This document shows positions 57,060-64,000 of a DNA stretch of 64,000 nucleotides, in pieces. Source of the stretch: the human T2T-CHM13v2.0 reference genome, Homo sapiens. The DNA is taken from assembly GCF_009914755.1 (NCBI RefSeq), contig NC_060935.1; one strand, given 5' to 3'. The position numbers and the translations under genes are program-made. The notes beneath the pieces are model-generated. The model was not told the origin of the DNA. It did no database searches and saw nothing but the letters and a program-made list of their open reading frames with translations. Numbering within the stretch: the stretch's first letter is position 1; every line of letters begins with the position of its first letter.

Positions 57060-57441
57060 TTACTAATTGGGCTGCCATAGCAAAGTCCCACAGACTGGGG
57101 GCTGAAACAACACAGATTTATCTTCTCACATTTCTGGAGCCTGGACATCTGAGATCAGGGTGTCAGCAGGGTTGGTTTCTTCTGAGACCTCTCCCCTCGT
57201 AGATGCCACCTTCTCATTGTGTCCTTATGTGGCCTTCTCTGTGTGTGTCTGGCTCCCAATCTCTACTTGGAAGGACACCGGTCACATTGGTTTAGGTCCC
57301 ACCCATATAACCTCATGTTCCCGTAATTACCTCTTTAAAGACCTATCGCCAAATGCAGTCACATTCTGTGAACTGGATATCAGGACTTCAACATGTGAGT
57401 TGTGGCAGGGGGACTAGGGGAGATACGATTCAGCCTATAAT
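57060..57441 (-). mobile_element. MaLR solo LTR (MLT1A/B-like)
   Basis: gggctgccatagcaaagtcccacagactggggg...gagatcagggtgtcagcagggttggtttcttctgag...taattacctctttaaagacc...attcagcctataa. Confidence 0.87.
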
Positions 57442-58319
57442 AGGGGCATTGAGCCAAATCAACTCCCTTGGCCATCATTATTATTTCCTTGCTTTGGGCC
57501 TTGAAGGGTCTTTGAACTTCAAGAGTTCCCTTTTCAAATGGGCCTGTCTCTAGGATAGTGCCTCCTCCTGCTGGCTCTAAGTAACAGCAGAGATCAGCTG
57601 TAGCGATTGGGATGGGCCCCAGGGAGGAAAACTGGGGCCAGGAGGGAAGCTCACTGGCCAGCGCGGATGTCTGGCCAGGGCAGAGTGATCTGCACGCCTT
57701 CTGTGTTATAATGGCACCTTGGCTGCTCCTGTGCCCAACCCCTCCCTCAGGGTCTCTTCAACCCTGACTTTGCCATGTCACATGCACCCAGATGCCATTC
57801 CTGTTCCCAGTCCATTAGGGCTGCCAGCCTGGGGAGTGTGGACCACTGGGGAGAAGACGCTGTTTTGGTGAGACAGGCAGACTGGCAGATGTCCCCGTGG
57901 AGCCGGGTGGGATGGCATTAGCTGGAGGCTAATCTCATTAGCAGCCACATCCTGAGTCTACCAGGGCTCTGTTCCCCCGCCTTGCCCTCAGCCTGATGCC
58001 CATTCCCAGGCAGAAGGCAGATTAAGCATGAGCAAGGCCCAGGGTTGCCTCCTATCTCTGGACCTCAGAGACGCTGCCCTGAGCATCCCTGCCTTCTCCC
58101 ACTGGCTGAGCAACTGACTTGCTCTGTGCTGAGGTAAGACACTTGAGCATTGGCCACCCTTTTTTTTTCTGGCTATGAAGTGGGCCATACTGTGGGATCC
58201 CATGACAAAGAAATTCTATGAGCCTCTATGGTGATTTTTGTGCTAGGAACAGATGTGTGCCTGGTTATGATGTGGCTGAGGTACACAGCACTTGTTTCAT
58301 CAAAGAGAGGCTTGGCTGG

Positions 58320-58813
<494 letters not shown>

Positions 58814-59404
58814 CTATACTGTCTTGGGTGGTGTAGCTCTAATCACCATGTTCTGCTACTTTTCTCTCCATTCCTAATAGCAGGAAGGCAATTTGGGGCA
58901 ACTTCATGTAGTTGATTGCAATTTGCAACAAGTGTTTAGGAGTTTAGAAACTTAGGAATTTCCCTGAATAGAGGGCTAATCATAGACTAAAAAAAATCTA
59001 CATCGATGTACCTATATCTCAAGATTTCCTTTTTTGATCAGATTGTGGGTAACAGAAAGCACAGGAGCTGATTTGATCATCAGACAAGAATAAAACCATC
59101 TGCCATGTTTTCCCTTTTTTACCTTGGCCACCAGGAAGCTCTGGGTAAGATCTAATGTTCAGTTGCCGTATTTTTCAGGTCTCTGGCTTCTGATACATTT
59201 CTCTGTTCTTTTCCTTGAGTCAATTTTTCATTTAAATGATGTACAAGCATTAAAATTAAAGAAGCTATTACACATGGTGACTCACTTGGTATGGAATCTG
59301 GAATACGATAGGTACTGAGGTGTGTGTGGTGGGGAGGGGTGACCTTTCCTGACATTTATACACGGGGACATGGAATGCCAACTTCCATAATTTATAAGCT
59401 GTTT

Positions 59405-59640
59405 TCATTTATTTAATAGTTCTTATGATATGCAAAGTGCTGTGTGAATGCTTTACAAATATTAGTTCATTTAATCTTTATAACAACTCTAGGAGGTATG
59501 TATTACTACTATTATCCCCATTTTGCAGATGGAGAAACTGGGGCAGGTGGAAACTAATTTGCCCAGAGTCACATGGCTAGAAAGTGGCAAAGCAAGATCT
59601 GAATGTAGGCAGCCTGTCTCTGGAGCCCAGGCTCTTGTCC
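59405..59640 (-). mobile_element. MIR
   Basis: tcatttaatctttataacaactctaggaggta...attatccccattttgcagatggagaaactggggca...gtcacatggctagaaagtggc. Confidence 0.8.
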
Positions 59641-59659
59641 GGAGCTTTAGGACTTAGCT

Positions 59660-59795
59660 ACGCTGTCCAATAGTGAAGCCACCAGCCACACATGGCTGGT
59701 GAGCACTTGAGATGTGGCTAGTACAACTGAGAAACTGAATTTACAATTTTATTTAATTGTAATGTAAATAGCTATGTGTGGCTAGGGGCTAGTGT
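59660..59795. mobile_element. MER3-like hAT-Charlie DNA transposon remnant
   Basis: cgctgtccaatag...gccacacatggct...gagcacttgagatgtggctagt...gaaactgaattt...aaatagctatgtgtggctag. Confidence 0.75.
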
Positions 59796-62700
59796 AGCCA
59801 TCATGCCTTGCTACTTCTCTCATTCCTATTGGTGGGAAGGCAATTTGGGGCAACTTAGTGTAGTCGATTGCACATTGCAACAAGTATCAAGAGCCTTAAA
59901 AACTTCCTGCTCTTCGTCTCCATCCTTTTCCTTCTCCTTCATCATCATAGCTGACAATTCCTGAGCACTTACGATTCTCCATTAACTCTCCCCCAAACCT
60001 TGGATGTAGATACTTTTTCTAATATTCCTGCTTCACAGGAGAGGAAATCAGCATTCAGAGGGGTGACTTATTGAGGGTTGCACAGCCGGTAAGTGGTAGA
60101 GCTGGAATTTGAACCAAGGTATAAATGACTCTAAAGCCAAAGTATCTCCATCTTTCTTTTTACTTTTTAATGTAAAATGTGCTCCTCTTATGACTCCTTA
60201 GGCTGCAGGCCTATCAGTTTCCTCCAGAGTAAAGTTTCTCTTGTCAACTACAGTCAGCGTTTTTAAAGGAAAGAATGGGGAAGACACAGGTGGTGAGCAG
60301 AGGCGGGTGAAGTGCTGGATCAGCACAGCCTCGGAAGAGCTGGGGAGAGGGGCCTGCGTGCAGTGCAGCGAAGGCACCTGGACCCCGTAGGAGTAGCCAA
60401 GGGCCTGCTCAGAGAGCCCACTGCCAGCCCCGCCTCCACTGGGAAAGGGCTGCATTCAGGGAGAAGAGTCCCAACAAGATGCCTCAGTTTTCTCATCTGT
60501 CAAATAGGGACAAGGATGATTAAAGGAGACAGTGTCCTAGAGCACATCTGGCAAGTAAAAGAGTTGTTACCTTTTTTTGAGTCGGGCCTTGTCTCTGGGC
60601 TGGAAGCTCCCGGAGACCTCACAAGGGAGAAGTCCTGGGCGCGGAGCTCTCTCCATCGTGGGCAAAGGGAAGGAAAACAGCTTGCTAGCTGAGGGGTCGG
60701 GGTGGGCGGCGGGGGCTGCGCACATGGCTGTCGGCTGAGATCACTGCCTTCGCCTTCCAGCTGCCTGGGGATATTAGGAGGTTGCAGAGACAGGGAGAGG
60801 AAGCTCAAGCTTGGGGGCCTCTTTGGGGGGCGGAGAAGGGGAGCAGAGGAGTAGGATGTTAATGAAAAAAACATTCCTCATTCAAGGTGACTGAAAGGGT
60901 TTGGGGCTTGTTGGGTCAGGGTCTGGCTTTGGCTGAAAACAAGTCCCCCAGATGCAGAGGGGCCAGGCCTGCTGAGAAGGCACTTTGTGCGGCCCCAGCT
61001 GACTTCACTCTCTTTGGGGCTGCTGAACCCCAGAAACCCCCCAACTCTGAAGAGACACCTGGGATGGGGCAACTGTGATGTCCTGGGGCCAGAAACTCTT
61101 GACGGGCTGGGCTGCCCTGTCCGTGCTTTGCAGAGATCTCGCCCCTTCCCTCCTGCTTCCTCCAGGCTGCATTTGGGCACAGGATTCCAGCTTGACTCAG
61201 AGATGGCACATGCTGCGCCCAGCCTCTGAAATGGAGGAACTGCCAAGGTGGGAAGGCTCGGATGGGTTTCTGGGGGCAACTCCTCACTTGCCTCCTGACT
61301 TTGCCACTAGACAATTTCTAGACTTGCAAAGAGTGCACAATATCTGACAGGCGTCGGAATAAGGGCCCCTTCTAATCAGAGAAAGCTAAGCACAGAGCCT
61401 GTCCCCACCACAGCCCTGTCAGGTAGGCATCCCCACTTCACAGCTGGGGAAACTGAGGCTCAGAAAGGTTAAGGCCTGAAGCTACTTGGCTGAGAAAGAA
61501 TCAGGGTTGGAACCAGATTTTTGCTCCTAGGGGAGGAAATCCTATGTAATTTTTGATGTCCCTCACTACTTCCTTCTAGATGCCAGGAAAACCCCAAAAG
61601 GCCCAGATACCTCGGGAGAGAGCCCTAGCCTGGAGCATGGAGAGGCAGAGGACAGGGATGAAGCACAATGGTGATTTGTCCTCAGGAAGCTTTTGCAAAA
61701 GGCAAAGGTCTTATTTCTTAGAACTAAGGCTGCAGGGAAGCTAAGGGAATAGATCAAAGACATGTGGATCCAAGAACAGGCCCTGATCATGCTGGGACCC
61801 CTGTTTCCTCTTCCAAGCCGGATTCCATCATGATTGACTTTCATCCCTCCAAAGGGGAATGGGGCCCCTGCCGTGTGTTTTGGGATACATGGAACATACA
61901 TCATCCCTTGGGAAGCTTGGTTTTCCTCAGGAGTGAAGCGATGGTTGGCTATGCAGGCAAATGCATCTTTCATCCCCACCAGGATGGGGACCAAGTCACC
62001 CATCTCCTGCCTACATCAGTGTTTCTAGGGGTTTGGAAAGTTGTTGAAGATGCTAAAGGCTGCAGGGCCTTGAATGGGGATGTCCAGCCTCGGAAAATCC
62101 CCATCTTGGGCATTTGAAAGCCTTTCCCAGGCTGGAGGGAGTCTCAGCCCTTCACAGACTGGTGAACCATCAGCTCTGAAAGGGAGCTTCGGGAGTGACC
62201 TTATCCAATCGCCTTTTGGCACAGATGGGTAAACCAAAGCCTGGAGAGGAAAGGTACTGCCCAAGCAAGACCTGGAGAGTGTTCCAGGGGTCCATGGTCC
62301 TTTCTGGAAGAAACCTGAGGATGAGGCAGTTAGTGGATGGACAGGGGGTAGCCACAGGCAGAGGCCCTGGGAGGAACCACCTCTGGAATATTCAGGGATA
62401 GCCTCCCTGCTTCAGGCTTCTCAAGAGGCAAGAGATCCCTCTCCCTCTCAAATCTTGTCCAGCTCCGGTTATGATGGAGCAGAGCATGAAGTGCCCCTGT
62501 CCTTTCCTCCTGTCAGCTCTGAAATGAGAACATTCTTATAGGAGCGAACACATCTCTAGTGGGCTTCAGGGAACACCAGAAAGAAGTGTCCTGAAAGAAC
62601 CAGGCCCTGCAGAGCTCTCTGGATCTAACAGCTCCCAGATGGCAAGGATGCCCCAATCCAAGTGCCATTTTCTGAGCAGGGACTGAGTGTCACGCACACT

Positions 62701-64000
62701 TGGCACATCTTCATGGGAACCTCCAGTCCTCCCAGCGGCCCCGTAGTGGGGAGGTGTTTCATGGTTTTCTCAGCAGAAAAACAGAGGCGACAGAGTCATG
62801 TAGGGCGAAGCGACTTGCTCAGGCACACAGAGCTGGGAAGTGGAAGGGGATGGAGCAGACTATAAACCTAAGCCCGTCCTTGGGTCTCTATGTCCCACTT
62901 CTCTCCAAAACAAACAAGCTCTTAAAAAAAAATACTAACTGTTCATTGGCGTTCATTTTTGCCCACTTTAGATACTCTATATCCTCCTCTCCTTTTTCCT
63001 GTTTTAAATTGAAGTTGCAAATTCCCAGCACCCTAAAAAAACAAAAACACAAACAAAAATTCTCTCCAAGTCGAGAGATACGACAGGCCAGGACACCAGC
63101 CTCTCTGCATCTTCCAAAGTACAAGGACTCCCGTAGTACTTCTGTTCAGAAGCAGAACGTCTGTTTTTTTTTTTGTTTTTTTTTTTTGCCCTTGGACAAT
63201 GTGGTTCTAATATATATCAACAGAGCCAAAGCAAAGAAAAGCAACCCCCGCCCCTTCTTTTTTAAAAGACGTTAACTTCATTTCAAGAACTTGTGTGTTT
63301 CTCATTAGTAACGCTGCCTTTTGAAATCCAGCCGAGGGAGGCGATTCCAGTTGAAATCAAAACTGATATGCGAGAGTTTGACTTAAATGCCGCCCTGTCG
63401 GCCGGCTCGCTGCCTTGTTGGGGCTGATTGCTACAGAGATGGGACAGGCAGGGCAGATGGCCAGCTCTCAGCTCCCTGTCCCACGTCAGCGGTGGGTCTC
63501 AGAGCGGCAGGGGAGCCTGCCAGGCAGGGCTCTTTCAACCTGGCTAGCTTCTCACCTGATGCGGGAGGTTGAGACAAGAGCTTGAGCTAACGACCTTGAA
63601 GTGGGGGACCTGGCGACCTGGACCTGGGGGTTGGGGGATGGGGTGGGCCACAGAAGGCAGGGGGCTCCAGCCACGATCACCGCCACACTCTGAGCCATTC
63701 CTACAAGACAGAGCGTGATCAACACGTCCCACGAGGAGCCGCACCACTCCTCCACTTCTAGGTTTTTCGAGCTGTTCTAAGCAGAAAACTCCTACTTTCT
63801 ATTTTCTTGGCCAGTTTTGGCATTTCTTCTCTGTAAGACCAGGCCTCCTGGAGAACATTAGGAAAATTGAAAAATCTTCCCATGGTCAGGCAAGGGGCCA
63901 CTCATGCTTCCTGCTGGTGGGGCCACTTTCTCCAGTGTCCGGACATGTCATTTTCTGCGTGGGCAAGCAGTTTCAGCCTTCACTAGGGATGACAGAGTGT

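Overview
Human-type (Alu-containing primate) genomic DNA covering the 5' end of ALX4 (aristaless-like homeobox 4, known to lie at 11p11.2). The gene is on the minus strand. Its coding exon 1 runs 11388->10923 (466 nt, 155 codons + 1 nt, GTGAGT donor). Positions 1-10922 are intron 1, and about 52 kb of apparently gene-free upstream sequence follows. No other protein-coding exon, RNA gene or CRISPR array is supportable; the other long ORFs are GC-rich shadows, simple repeats or Alus. The window holds four CpG-rich blocks (about 4.6-7.9, 10.1-13.4, 17.3-18.7 and 20.4-21.9 kb), about 13 Alus (mostly after 41 kb), MaLR LTRs, L1/L2/MIR fragments and several repeat-free AT-rich blocks rich in homeodomain/TALE/TCF/FOX motifs. 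I found no new gene or self-contained novel system. The best leads are: (i) a perfect G-quadruplex-prone (CCCGCAGC)11 repeat in intron 1 that is complementary to the P/Q-coding tract of exon 1 across the splice donor; (ii) a ~4 kb repeat-free candidate enhancer cluster at 36.4-40.4 kb and a PBX-HOX motif cluster at 29.8 kb; (iii) a promoter-like upstream CpG island with a strong minus-strand donor; (iv) a 36-bp piece copied from a neighbouring Alu, between an STR and an AT palindrome; and (v) several local duplications. Repeat subfamily calls and boundaries were made by eye and are approximate.
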